A stretch of DNA of 64,000 bases from Squalus acanthias (Eukaryota), in the NCBI GenBank assembly GCA_030390025.1, contig CM059432.1, positions 65,102,001 through 65,166,000 on the forward strand, in the 5' to 3' direction. The first letter of the stretch is position 1, and the number at the start of each line of letters is the position of its first letter. Of the stretch, positions 25,118 through 38,002 are shown one piece after another. The position numbers and the translations under genes were made by a program. The notes beneath the pieces are model-generated. The model ran no database searches and was not told the origin of the DNA. It was given only the letters and a program-made list of their open reading frames with translations.

Positions 25118-25733
25118 GGGGGAAAAATTTGGTTGATTTGTGCCTCCCGTTAGCGCCCTAAGAAATTCAGTGGGAGGTTAGCGGCGGCAGTAACTGTTAG
25201 TGCCCCGTGGCGCTGTGCCACCGGCGGTGACGTCATTGCCATGTGTCGCGCCTTTCGGTAGCGTCCCCTGACTTACCGCTGGACGCTATGTCTAACAGGG
25301 TCAGGGGGGCCTACCTGCGGCCGGGGTGGCGCAAATTAAAGGGGAGGTGCCGGGCGGCCATTTTTGTTGCTGGCCGCCTGCCAGCACCTGCCCCCGTTGC
25401 TGTCCTCGGCCTTCTGTGCAGCCCCCCCCTGCGGATTGCCGGCTGCGCTCCGTGAGCCCGGCACTTCTCTTGAGTGCCGGGCTCTTTTGCCGGCACTCCG
25501 ATCCCTGGTGGCCCAGCTGGGCCCCGGGTCGCACTGCGCTAGGCCCCTCCCCTTTAATAAGGGGAGGAGACCTGCAGTACCGCGGCGCGACGTGCCACAG
25601 GGCATGGCGCTGCAGCATGTAGCGCCATGATATTCACACGCAGGGCCCCAAGAGGGAGGCAGGGCGCTTCCAGTGAATTTTTTACTACTACGAAGTTAGC
25701 GCCCCAAAGTGGGCCCGATCCAATTTTTCCCCC
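25118..25733. mobile_element. GC-rich Harbinger-type MITE
   Basis: TIR GGGGGAAAAATT ... AATTTTTCCCCC, TSD ATA both sides. Confidence 0.85.
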
Positions 25734-25751
25734 ATAGTCTTTCCATTCATA

Positions 25752-25907
25752 GGCCTGGAATTTCCTCGGAGCTGCTCCCGCTCCGCTGCCGTAACTTCAC
25801 TGGAAGTGTGGTGGAAACGCCATTTACATATGATAAAGGGGTTTTCACCGCACTTCCAGTAAAGTTACAGTGGTGGAGCAGGAGCAGCTCTGAGGAAATT
25901 CTGGGCT
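25752..25907. mobile_element. 156-bp hairpin MITE
   Basis: Largely self-complementary (GGCCTGGAATTTCCTCGGAGCTGCTCC ... GGAGCAGCTCTGAGGAAATTCTGGGCT), TSD ATA. Confidence 0.8.
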
Positions 25908-28900
25908 ATATAGTCACAGGCCAGCAGAGGGTATAGATAATAACACTCTAACCTTGAAGAGAATTTCAGAACTTCGAAAAATAAAAAAGTGAAAGGGTTG
26001 GCAAGTGTAATTATTTGCTGCATGTGAAGAATTGTTTCTACCAGTGTAGTCAGGTTCAAAGGGTCCAAAATCCTACTGTTCATAGAGTAAACAAAAATAT
26101 AAAACAGATGTTACTACAGCAGAATTCCTAATGTCTGAGGTTACGCAACTGCTGTTTTGCCTTGAAATGAATTTTTCAGCCGAATAGTAACTTTGCACCT
26201 ACCTGACATCCCCACCTCTGACCCTGGTGACATTTTCTGTGGTCAGCCTCATTATTCTAATTTTGATGGGCTACCAGTTGTGGGTGTGAGTGGGTGGGAG
26301 GGGTGGGGGGGGGGGGGGTGGAGTTGTGCCAACTGCCTCTGGGTTGCTGCAAAGGAGGGCCAGATTATTAAGAAATCTGAAAAATCATAGGGTGCAGGAT
26401 TTCAATTGATGACCCTGTGATTGATTGCATTCAGTTTGGGGGCCTTTTAAATTTTACGTTTCTTCCTGCCCACCAAAGCAATGCTAACACCTGCACCATG
26501 CTGGCGTTACTCCATTCAGGGTTCCTATGGCAATAATGATGCAACGGGTGCCGTGTGTTGTCACTCTGTCATTACCACACAATGTAAATATGCCAGCCCA
26601 TATTTGGGCAGATGTATCCAATGGTCACTGTCACTTCCAGTGGAAAATACCAGAATCGATGGAAAGCAGCAGGGAGCTAGCAGAATGGTTCCCTGGCCAA
26701 ATTCCACCCCAAATTTGCCTGATTTTGGCTTGACATTGCATGAGACCCATGCTAGTGCTGCCGGCTCCCTGAAATGTGGCTCTTGTGTAGCCAGCTGCAA
26801 GCCAAACGTATACATGACTGGATTCGCAAGACTGGTAGCCTGGAAGACCTGATGACCTCTGGTCTTAATGAATATGGGTGCTGTTACATTTGACGTGCAG
26901 CTATCTGCGCAAGACCTGCACTTGGAGAGCCCAGTGACACGAGTATGGGTCTCACATAATATTAAAGCTTCCATAAGTGAATCTTTTGTAGTAAGTAGGC
27001 TGCTATTTACTACTGACTGTGTGTTTTTCAGCCATGATGGTTTTTGCTTGGTAATAATATATATATTTTTTTCTCTTAGGATAGCTAGTACTGCTGTTAT
27101 TGTTTCTTTATCCTGTTGATTTCTTTTTGATCTTTATAGTTTTGTTGATAGACATTTTTTTTTTGTTTTTTACCCTATTGGTTTCAATCTGTCTACCTCA
27201 CACCTTCTCTGTTCATTTTTCCGGATGAACAGTCATGGGGCACAAATCCAACATCCATATGGAGATGAAAAATGAAGAGCATAGGCAGCAGCTTCAGGCA
27301 AATGAAACCCCACTTCACTGGGGGCGATCCACCTGCACTTGTAAGCAAGGTCCCTTTGGGCTCAAGGTGGTTCTAAGATAACGACCTGTATTTTCCAGGG
27401 CCTATGACCACGTACGTGGTGCGTATGCAGCCGTAAGTGCTGCATGCGATGCACATGCATGAAAACCCAGAACTTACGATCTGTCAAGTTTCAGCTTGAC
27501 AGAGCCACCGTATCCCCAAGAAATGGACATTTGCCGGCACAGGGTTGGGCTATTTGCGTAGGGCCTTCTTTTACCAGCGTATGAGTTTAAATAAATATTT
27601 TAAAAAAAAAATTTAATTATTAAACTTTAAAATTAGTTTAGGTTATTTTTAGCTCCTTTTCAAAAACTTTAAATTTTGTTTTAAATATTTAATTAAATTG
27701 TATTTTTGAACATGTAATTATTCATTTTTATTTAACTTTTTTTATTCATTCATGGGATGTGGACATCGCTGCCAAGGCCAGCATTTATTGCCCATCCCTA
27801 ATTGCCCTAGAGAAGGCAGTGGTGAGCCACCTTATACAACTGAGTGGCTTGCTAGGCCATTTTAGAGGGCAGTTAAGAGTCAACCACATTGCTGTGGGTT
27901 TGGAATCACATATAGGACAGCAGATTTCCTTCCCAGATGGGGTTTTTATGAGAATCCAGTAGTTTCATGGTTATTATTACGGATATTAGCATTTTATTCC
28001 AGACTTATTTAATTAACTGAATTTAAAATTCCCAGCTGCCATGGTGGAATTTGAACTTGTTCTCCAGAACATTAGTCCAGGCCTCTGGATTGTTAGCCCA
28101 GTAACATAACCACGATGCTACCGTACCCAACTGGTGTGCAAGTGTTTTTTAGGGGATTCCTATTATGCTTATGGGAATTCCGTACATAAATGGAATCCCC
28201 ATAAGCATAATGGGGATCCCCCTTTTTAATTGGTTGGGCCGGCCCACATGATCCCAGGAACGTTTGCGAACCACGTGCACCCCTGGGATACGTGGGCCTT
28301 TACGCAGGCATACACGTAGAGGCCCAGGAGCGCGAGTGTCCAAACCTCCGGGACCATCAGGTAGGTGCGGAGTTTACTTGCATTTCGCCCGCGGGAAGCC
28401 TCCGACCGCAAATTCAGGCCCAACATGTCTGTCAATGGACAGTTGGAATTAAGCCACCACTCTGTGGCAGACTCAGTAATCTAATACCTGATCCAGGCAA
28501 GTCTGCAGTACTCCAGGGCACTCTTGTAGGTTGACTAACAAGTCTAGCTTACTAATGGAACTTGGAGGGATACACCTGTCACTGAGGAATGGGATTCTTC
28601 CCACTCGGCTGCTGGCACCCTACAACCAGTGCTCTGGCACAAGATGTTCAAATCGTGGCCAATGAGCTCCTTTAACTCAGCCTACAGTTCCTTTGTTTGC
28701 AAATTTGCCCACAATACCAGCTTTCAGCTTTCGCTGTTTAAACCTCCCCAGCCTGGAGAATTAGAAAAGGTTACTCCCTGATTGGTAGATACTGACCAAT
28801 GTAGAAGCAACCTTTTTGTAACATTCAAGAAGCAACCTTTACCATCTTCCAGGCCCTGAAAGTTTAAAGAATTGAAGCTGCAACTTCCAAGTTAGCAGTG

Positions 28901-29039
28901 GACACATAGGCGATGATGGTGACGGCAATGGCAACCTGAAAGAAAGGCAGTGAGTGACATTCAGCAGAGTGACTGGCGGTAGGTCAGGCCAGACAGTGTC
29001 CTTGACCATGCTCACCCCATTTCCTGGGCTTTTCACTCA

Positions 29040-29630
29040 CATTTGTCAGATTATCTTCTGCCATTTCTGATACCTACAACATGATCCAACAGCCAAACAC
29101 ATCTTCCCCCCCCATCCCATCCTGTTTTCTGAAATAACATTCCCTACAAGATATCCTTGCTTGTTCTTCCACCATCTAGAATTCCAGCTGTCTTTTCCCT
29201 GGCACTTTCCCATGCAACCATAGCAGATGTAACAACTATTGATTTATCTCCTTGTGCACCATTGTCCAGGGCCCCAAACACTGATTTAGTTTGAGATTCT
29301 CTGACTCTGTCACTCTGTTCTGATGAAGCCACCTTGCACACCGGGACTTCCGAAATGTCCTTTTTCCTCAGCTGAGGATTTCCCTCCACCATAGGACCCC
29401 AATTCTGAGACCACCATATTTCATATACTTCTGCCCTCATACCTTCCCCCCCCCCCCCCCCTCAGAGCCATGATAGATTCCACATGGTCATGACCTTCCA
29501 CCCCACCAAACTTTAGATTCGACCGAACATCTTTTTCCACTTCCGCCACTTCCAACGCGATCCCACCACCAAACACATCTTCCCCTCTACTCCCTTCTCA
29601 AATTTCCAAAGGAACTGATCCCTCTGTGAC
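29040..29630 (+). mobile_element. Two tandem Penelope-like ORF fragments
   Basis: HFRHFQRDPTTKHIFPS at ~29537-29590 with a decayed copy at ~29060-29110; GTFPCNHSRCN linker; CSDEATLHT..SEMS. Confidence 0.7.
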
Positions 29631-29646
29631 AGCTGGGGGACATTTT

Positions 29647-30399
29647 GGCCTGTAATTTGCAGTCAGAGGCGAAGCAAAGGTGTTCACCGCTGGCCCTGAT
29701 GTAAGCTTCCCACAAAGATCTCGCGATCTCTGTGGCGAGAAGTTCAGCTTTTCCAACGTTCAGTTGAGATCAGTGTAAGTTAATGGGGATTCTCGAGTGC
29801 GAGCTGTCTAAGCATCCAATCACATTGCAGAATTCTCACAGACCAGGAACCAGGAAGTGAATAAGCTCTTTTTTTTCTAACTTTTCAAAACAAAGATTGG
29901 GAATCTCACACGGGGAAAAGGTAAACCTGAAATAAAGATCAATAAACTTAAAAAAAATTAACAAAACATTTAAAGTTTCATAAAAATTGTAATTTTTATT
30001 AAAAGGATAAATTTGACACTCCACAAAATTAAAATTAGTTTTTCAGAGCCATAACCTTTGTTTAGCAGTTAATACGCTGTTAAAACCCCAGTTACACCTA
30101 ATCCAAAAGGGTCTAACTTTTAATGGGGTATTTAACAGCGATATTACCGCGGAAAAGCCAAAGTTTTCATCAGTTTCCATGATTTCACTGATTACACAGA
30201 TTGCCGGCTATGGGGGGAGTGGGGGGGGGGGGGGCGGCAAAGCACAGCCAGTGTCGGAGCAGTGAGTGACTGACCGCAACTTCAGGATTTCCGCGTTAGA
30301 ATGCTCATACGCTAAATCCTGAAGTTGCGGTCAGTTTAAAAGGGTACTAACAGTGAACGCTGTTCGTTCGCTGTTATTACTCACAGCAAATTCTGGGCC
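29647..30399. mobile_element. Harbinger-type MITE inserted into the end of another MITE
   Basis: TIR GGCCTGTAATTTGC ... GCAAATTCTGGGCC, TSD TTT; internal ~20-bp inverted repeat at 30270-30334. Confidence 0.8.
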
Positions 30400-30799
30400 T
30401 TTACCTCCATCCGCCTGGTGGAAATGGGGCAGTAGCCGAGTTAAAATGAGAGGTAGTGGACATATTACTCGATTCCTGCTGTGCCGCCATTTCTCCCAGA
30501 GCCGTGCGCTGAGGCACGCACCTGAATTAGGCAGCAGCTTCATTATTCAATGCAAATCAGAGTTTTATGATGTACTTTGGATCCTAATGCAATTTTAACG
30601 GCCTACTGGGCGGAGCATTCGCTGTGGACACTCTGCTCAGTAAAACTTGGAAAAAGAGAATGAAAGGTAGTTGCTAAAATTAATTCAATTTTAATGAGTT
30701 TAATAAGATTTTTTCATTATTAATGGTCACAGAAGAATCATTACCAGCACCTGCTAACCAAAAAACAGATCAGAACCTCTGCTAACATTCTTTTTTTGC

Positions 30800-31890
30800 T
30801 GTGGCCATTTACCTCCTCTAGACCCATCTTTTGTTTCTGTACTTGTCCCATTACCACTCCCTTTTGCCTTGCACCATTAACCTCTTTTAACTTTAATCTC
30901 TCCTGCCTTCCACCCTATCACAGACCTTTCCTGTTGTTCTTTCTCCCCCTCCCCCTTTCCCTGTCTCTGTACTTGCAAGGTCATCAACCTGAAACGTTGA
31001 AGGTCGGGGGTGGCGGGGCGGGGGGGCGGTGGAGGTGGCGGGTGGGGCAGTAGGGGAAGCCTGGGTTTCCCCGCATGCTGAGGAGATTTAACTCCACAGC
31101 GTACATGTGACGTCACCAACAGGTTTCCTGCCCGGAAATCAGCCTGATTGACAGGCTTGGCTTCCAGTCAGCCAGGGACCGCTGGAGAAGAGGCCGCAGC
31201 CCCAGGTAGGTCTGAGCCCCGACCCCGGGGGGAGTGGAGGGGGGGTTCCGATCCAAGATCTCGGGAGGTGGTCCGATCCGAGATCCCGGGGGAGTGGTCC
31301 GATCCCGGGAGGGGTGGTCCGATCCCGGGAGGGGTGGTCTGATCCCAGGTGGGGTGGTCCGATCCCGGGAGGGATGGTCCGATCCCGGGAGGGGTGGTCC
31401 GATCCTGGGAGGGGTGGTCCAATTCCAGAACCCAGGGGGTGTCCAATCCCGGGTGGGGGGTATGTACGGGAGGTTGGGGGGTGGTGGGTTCTGATGGTGG
31501 GGGAGCGAGAGCAGCTGGGGGGGGAGGCACTCCTGCTCCTTCCAGCCCACAAGGAGCGCTGCAACTGTCGGGATTCCCGACGCCCAGGAACCTGGGCCAG
31601 CCACAGCTAAACCTACAAAGCAGCTTCAACCCGAAGCTTCCAACCTCATTATCACATTTAAAGTGCCAACCCGCCTCCTGGGAGCGGGTTGGCTGCCCAT
31701 CCCCTGTAAAAACCGGAAGTGGACAAGTTGGAGGCGGGTTGGGGTTGGGATTCAGATTTTTAACAATTTAAACTCCCACCCAACCCAAACCCACCCATTT
31801 ATTGGGGGTTAAAATCCCCCCTGTTAACTCTGTTTCTCTCTCCACAGATGCTGCCTGATCTGCTGAGTATTTTCAGCATTTTCTGTTAGA
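30800..31890 (+). mobile_element. Penelope-like terminal repeat split by a MITE (family B, ~31000-31821)
   Basis: ..aggtcatcaacctgaaacgtt | MITE | gttaactctgtttctctctccacagatgctgcctg.. matches 58247-58317; MITE right end TTAAAATCCCCCC. Confidence 0.7.
31296..31415. repeat. G-rich minisatellite, 6 x 20 bp (GGTCCGATCCCGGGAGGGGT)
   Basis: Directly visible; degenerate units extend 31245-31460. Confidence 0.9.
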
Positions 31891-32329
31891 GTTTTAATTA
31901 GTTATGTTAAAGATAATCTGAGCAGAAAATTAATTTCTGAACTCAATGAAAATATTGATGTTTCATACTATAATCTCTATCAATGTAGTACACACAAGAG
32001 TGAAATCAGCCTTAGAAAACAAGCACACGAGATGAATTCAACAGTGACAGACAGACAGACAGCTGCAGGTACAGACATGAATTTTAGTGAAAAGGCTTTG
32101 TGTAGCTGTTGATTTTGAACTGTAGCCGTATATTAAACTTATTCTGTTGTGCAGTCTGAAAAAAGCACTTTACTAATGGCTGTTTTGCAATCAAATGAAA
32201 CAGATTTAGAATCTTCGCTAAATTGTTCACTTCTAATCAAAAGACTCAACTTCCTCAATTTCTGAAGTTACTCTGCTGGAACATTGCTCTTTTTATGTAT
32301 TTAACAGTAGCCTTGATGTTTATCTGTTC

Positions 32330-32822
32330 CTTTTTTTTAATATTCGTTCATGGGATGTGGGCATCGCTGGCAAGGCCAGCATTTATTGCCCATCCCTAGT
32401 TGCCCTTGAGAAGGTGGTGGTGAGCCACCTTCTTGAACTGCTGCAGTCCGTGTGGTGAAGGTACTCCCACAGTGCTGTTAGGGAGGGAGTTCCGGGATTT
32501 CGACCCAGCAACGATGAAGGAACGGCGATATACTTCCAAGTCAGGATGGTTTGTGACTTGGAGGTGGTGGTGTTCCCATGTGCCTGTTGCCCTTGTCCTT
32601 CTAGGTGGTAGAGGTCGCGGGTTTGGGAGGTGCTGCCGAAGAAGCCTTGGCGAGTTGCTGCAGTGCATCTTGTAGATGGTACACACTGCAGCCACGGTAC
32701 GCCGGTGGTGGAGGGAGTGAATGTTTAAGGTGGTGGATGGGGTGCCAATCAAGTGGGCTGCTTTGTCCTGGATGGTGTCGAGCTTCTTGAGTGCTGTTGG
32801 AGCTGCACTCATTCAGGCAAGT
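32330..32822 (-). mobile_element. 3' end of a second CR1/L2-group LINE family
   Basis: Closely similar to 48050-48551 (MSAAPTxLKKLDTIQDKAAHLI..). Confidence 0.85.
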
Positions 32823-35519
32823 GTTCTTCACTAAAAGCTTTTATATGTATGCACAAAAATGAAGCGAAATCTGGGGCATATCAGTTTAATTTTATCGTAC
32901 ATTCTTAGATTTTTCCTTATTCGTTAATTTGTTGATATATATCTATGCTGTAAGCAAAAGGAACATAATCAGAATATCTGATCAGTTTATAGTTCGGAAT
33001 AACTTTTTATTTTAGAAGAAACAAGCTCTGCGTTACTTCTTAGCCTACTCTAGATTTGTAAAAGATTGCTCACAATGAACTCCTTCCTAGCAAGAGCAGT
33101 CAGAAATTTCCATTACTTTCAGCAGAAACTGACAGGCAGTTTTTTCTCATTTTAAGAGGATCGAAGATGCAGTTCAAACATAATTATATAAGACTGAAAG
33201 AAATATATTTCAATATGTTCTACATTGAAGTAGATCTTTGATTTCCATATCAAAGATGTCTGACGTGGAACTTAAATGCTTCCGGATAGTACTGCTTTTA
33301 AATATTTGCATTTGTTCCCGCTGATAAAATGCATGAACACTGAAATATATTTTTTCAATCATGTTTTTAAAAAGACTCGCCTCGAACAACAGGTTTTGAT
33401 ACTGTCTCCTCGAGATAAGTCACCAGCCTAGACAGTCTTATGAGCTGCTGATGTATTTGGTAAAAGGGCTCCCGCAAACCTGGAAGTGCAAATGAGTCAA
33501 GTGAACGGCACAGCTTTACTGTACACATTTAGCAATCATTTCATTGAAGGAAAGATTGTCATTGCTACATTAGGCTTGAATATACATAGAGTAGTCTTTG
33601 AATTTCTTTGCACTTGTTCTTTATGCATCCTTGACTTGCAAATTTTTAAAATATTAATATTTAAAATATTAAAGTATGAAATTGAATATTGGGCATTGAA
33701 TTACAAGCATTCATTTCACCAAGGTAGATGATGGAAACCTTAGGAGTTTAACTAGAGTAGTTTTCAGATGTTATCTGAAGCCTCAAGTGTACCTTTGTAG
33801 CTTCCTGATATTTATCTTGTACAATATATAAAGTGTGCGTTACCTTATAATATATTGGGGTAGAATTTTCACGGGAGTTCTCCTGATCTCCCGTCACAAT
33901 TTCAGTAGAAACGCTGCAGAAACGGTATAAACGCAGGGAGATCAGGCGAACCCCTTGCAGAAATTCCAGGTAACTGAGTTTAATTTTTCGTGTCATGAGC
34001 CAAGTTTTCCTGATTATAAGTGAAACAGTTACCTTGCCAAATATATTTACTAGAAATAGTTAAAATCTCTTGACGTATGTGGCATTTCTAGAAATGCTAC
34101 TCGCAGTTTCGGGAAAATTTGTGCCGGGAAGCTGAGTCTTGTATTTTGTTTCTTATCCATTTTTAGGATGTGGGCATCACCAGCAACGATGGCATTTACT
34201 GCCCATCTCTAGTTGCCCTGAGATGGTGATGGTGAGCCTGCTTGAACCACTGCAATTTATTTTGTCGCAGTTTGATACTACTGAGTGGATTGCTACACCA
34301 CTTCAGAGGGCAATTAAGAGTCAACCACATTGATGTGAGACTGGAGTCACATATAGGCCAGATCAGGTAAGGACGGCAGGTTATCTTCACTAAAAAAATT
34401 GTGCAGACACAATTGGGTAAAGTAAGTATCAAAGAAATTTACCTCATGAATAACAGTGAACAATAATGTGGTGTGACAACAATGAGATGATCATTTTCAC
34501 CATCACAGCTTGAGTGGTAAACCAGCAGAGTGGAAATCAATGGAAATGAAAAGATGGGTCATCCGTTCCGCCAGATCACGGCACAAGTGGTGAAGGTGAA
34601 AATTACCCCGTAGGTTGTCACAGAATAACAGAAAAATACCTCAGATCTCAAAATATTTGAATTTTAATGTGTTTTGTTGTATACCCTGCGTTATTCTTAA
34701 CTTAAGCAAGCACCGTAATACTGTTCACCTCTCCACCCCGTAAACTTTATACTAGTTGGAAATTTTACAGAGAAGTAAAACTGCAACCAACTCGCCTCTC
34801 TTCTTGTAATTACGAACACGGTGGTAGATATGATTGTAGCGCTGGATGAGTAGTGATACGCGATTATGGAAATCACGAACATTAGATAGAAGACCTGAAA
34901 GAAGAGCTTACAACAAATAAATAAGGGAACAGAAGAACACACTTCAGGAGCAACAGACAGAAAACATGGAATTCTTGTCACAACAGTCTAAGAGACAAAA
35001 CAAAGGAGGTACATACAATAGCCATGAACGTAACACTTAAAGCATGCACACAAACAGATGTAGGACATCAATGGTCACACAAATGCAGGATAGCATATGA
35101 CAGTATTTTAAGTAAGGTGAATGTATACCTTTATGAAAAAGCATCTTTATGAAAAAATACTTGACAAAACTTTATTTAGGGTGGAAAATCAACCTCAAGA
35201 AGAATTGTTCATCATTTTTGATAAGTTATCATGGAGACTGTTTTTTAACTATGTAACCCTCAAAGTTAAACTCGTTTAAGTGCAGCTCAATAAATCTCAG
35301 TTTTCCTAAAGAATTAAACTCTTTAGAAATAGGTTTAGTTTATCATTTCTAATTTCTCCAACATATGTGCACTGAGGAAGTCACATATGTGCTGTTACAG
35401 AAGTTTGCATTCTTAATTTTACTTTAGAATGTTATAATTAATAACAGAAATGATCTCAGATAGGATGGATTTCCTTTTTCTCCTGTGATATTGGTTTCTT
35501 GCTCTCTCTGGCAGTGTAC

Positions 35520-35990
35520 TTCTCCATGCTTTTGTTACCTCCAGTCTCGACTATTAAAATGTTCTCCTGGCCGGCATCCATAAACCTAAGCTCATCCAAA
35601 ACTCGGCTTCATGTATCCTAACTCACACCAAGTCCTGCTCACCCATCACCCTGTGCTCGCTGACCTACACTGGCTCCTGGTCCAGCAATACCATGATTTA
35701 AAAATTCTCATCCTCGTGTTCAAATCTCTTCATAGCATCACCCCTCCTTATCACGATAACCTATTCCAGCCCTACAACCCTCCGAGAACTCTGTGTTCCT
35801 CCAATTCTGGCCTCTTTTGCATCCCCCACTTCCTTTGCCACACCATTGCTGGCCATGCCTTCAGCCATCCCTAAACCTCTCCAACTTTCTACCTCTTCTC
35901 CTCCTTTAAGACAGTCCTTAAAACCTACCTCTTTGACCAAGTGTTTGGTCACCTGTCCTAATGTCTCCTTCTTTGGCTTGGTGTCAATTT
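35520..35990 (+). mobile_element. L2 LINE 3' fragment
   Basis: VLADLHWL..LKILILVFKSLH; related pieces at 45880-46300(+, (ttg)n tail), 61450-62070(-), 63815-64000(-). Confidence 0.75.
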
Positions 35991-36730
35991 TGACCACAGG
36001 TCTCTGTTGACATTTTGAAAGGAATTAAGCAAAGAACTGGCATTATTTCATTATGAAACAAAGTAAGAAAGACTTGCATTTATATAATGCCTTTCATGAC
36101 CTCAGGATGTCACAAAGCGCTTTACAGCCAATGAAGTACTTTTGAAATGTGGTCACTGTTGTAGCGTAGGAATACCTCAATGCCATTGAGGTAATTAACA
36201 TCCTGTCTTTCTAAGGCATATCCCAGATTGAGATGCAATATAAAGGGTTTCATTAAACTATGGGTCTCTGCTATCAATAATGCATTAGAATAAGACAGAT
36301 ACATTTCCATACATTAGATATTTCAGATGACAAATTTTAATACTAATCATTTGAATTTAAATATTGGTAGCATGCACTGTGTTGTATATGTTTCAGGATA
36401 TAGCTTTTAAAAAGTTCACAAACCTCCTTGCAAAGCCAATTGGATTTATGTTTTAAAAAAATATTTAATACCGTAAAAAAAAGCCTAGATCAATCTTTAC
36501 TTTATTTGAAAAACTTCCAAGGACATAATAGCCCTAGCTTCTGAGAGAGGGGAAAACAGGATATATGAGTTGATCTCGTAAAAGCCTAAGACATTAGGCA
36601 GTATTCCTTGTGAAAGTAAATTGTGCTTTTTTTCCTGTTCTACACAACAAAAATGATCCAACATTAATTGAAATGAATCAAAGGTTAGTATCAGTACAAG
36701 TCATTTTAATTTATATTGGATTGAACTGAC

Positions 36731-36939
36731 CTTCACAACAATCTTGCCACATTCGCAAATCAATTTTGGGGATTTCATCACAGCTTACGTATCCTTGAGG
36801 GTACTCTGCTTTTAAAAAGACATCTGGCTGGACCTGCTGAATATCGTCACCATTGTCACATAGCACACTCGCTAGAGAACTTTGCTTCAGCTGTGTTACT
36901 TGAGCTGGGGTAAACACCCCTGCATTCTCATACCAGAAC
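36731..36939 (-). CDS. PXDNL: Peroxidasin-like gene, internal exon (end of haem peroxidase domain)
   Basis: 209 bp; acceptor TGTTATCCTAG|G, donor TGTGAAG|GTCAG. Encodes (R)[74 protein letters not shown]/GDxIQQVQxDVFxKAEYPQ match recalled PXDNL better than PXDN; paralogue call needs a tree. Confidence 0.92.
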
Positions 36940-37169
36940 CTAGGATAACACATAAAAAGGTGCACGTGGCTTTCAGTGTTATTTTATTTTCACATTGAGT
37001 ATAACATTTATTCAAATTAAACATTATTTAAAACAATTATCTGCAGTATAAATATTTTAAAAGCTGCAGCTTAACAGGGGTTTGTTTGAGAGTCTTGCTT
37101 TACTCTAGATCATTTTGTGCCATTCCGGTAACTGGGGGCTAGGATCCCCGTTCATTTGAGGATTCTATG

Positions 37170-38002
37170 GGGGGTAATTTTGCCAATGGGGACGTGATGG
37201 AGGCGGGACTGCTGCTTGTCGGGTTTTAGTCCTGCCTCCATCGACGTCCGGCCAACCCACGCTATTTTCCCTTGATTGACCTTGTTAAGCCTGCCCAGCG
37301 GGTTTAGCCGGCCAATTAAGGGAAAGCCGGTGACAGAGAACGTCAGCGTATGACGTTTCATCTGTCAAAAATTTTTGACAGATGAATTGTCATCGTTTGA
37401 CAGCTTTGAGAAGCTGTCAAACACTGACATTCTCTGTTGTTTGGTGAGTCCTTGTATTCAAACCTATTTCCTGAGCAGAAAGCAGATGGCTATTGCATCG
37501 GAGAATGCAGCAGCCATTCTGTCATCTCTGCTGTGGAGATGCCGCAGCCTCCGCATCCCCGATTGAAGCCTGCAGGAAGAAACAAAGGTAAGGAAACTTT
37601 TTCTAAGACTTTTCACTCACCTCACATGCTTACCTCTCCATACTTGCAACCATCACTCACCTCCACAGCGCACTTTTCGAACCCTCTGACCCCCGCAGAC
37701 CCAGTGCTCACGTCGCTGACCCTGGCGGGGTTTCCCGACGTCAGGAAGCCCGCACTTGGGTTGGAAAAATGGGGATAATCCTCTTAGCTGCCTGTTAACT
37801 ACCTGTTAACAGGCAGTTAAGTGGCTGTAATCCCCTTCCCGCCTCGAGGAGACAGGTCCCAGCGCGAATCGGGGACCCACCTCCTGGGAAGGTGGCATGG
37901 AGGCGGGTTGGGGGCGGGTTTGGTACCCGCTCCCAGTTTCTGCCATTTTCCTGGCAGTCCCGCCTCCATACCCGCCTCCCCAGGGCTGGCAAAATCGCCC
38001 CC
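37170..38002. mobile_element. Harbinger-type MITE (family C)
   Basis: TIR GGGGG(TA/CG)ATTTTGCCA; inverted homologue of 51793-53774. Confidence 0.85.

Noticed and set aside
31113..31771. Pro/Gly-rich ORFs on both strands
   Set aside because: Translations of the 20-bp minisatellite and GC-rich MITE.
34697..34981. 94-aa ORF as a standalone gene
   Set aside because: Non-ATG start, no recognisable domain, and a different frame from the splice-compatible candidate exon.
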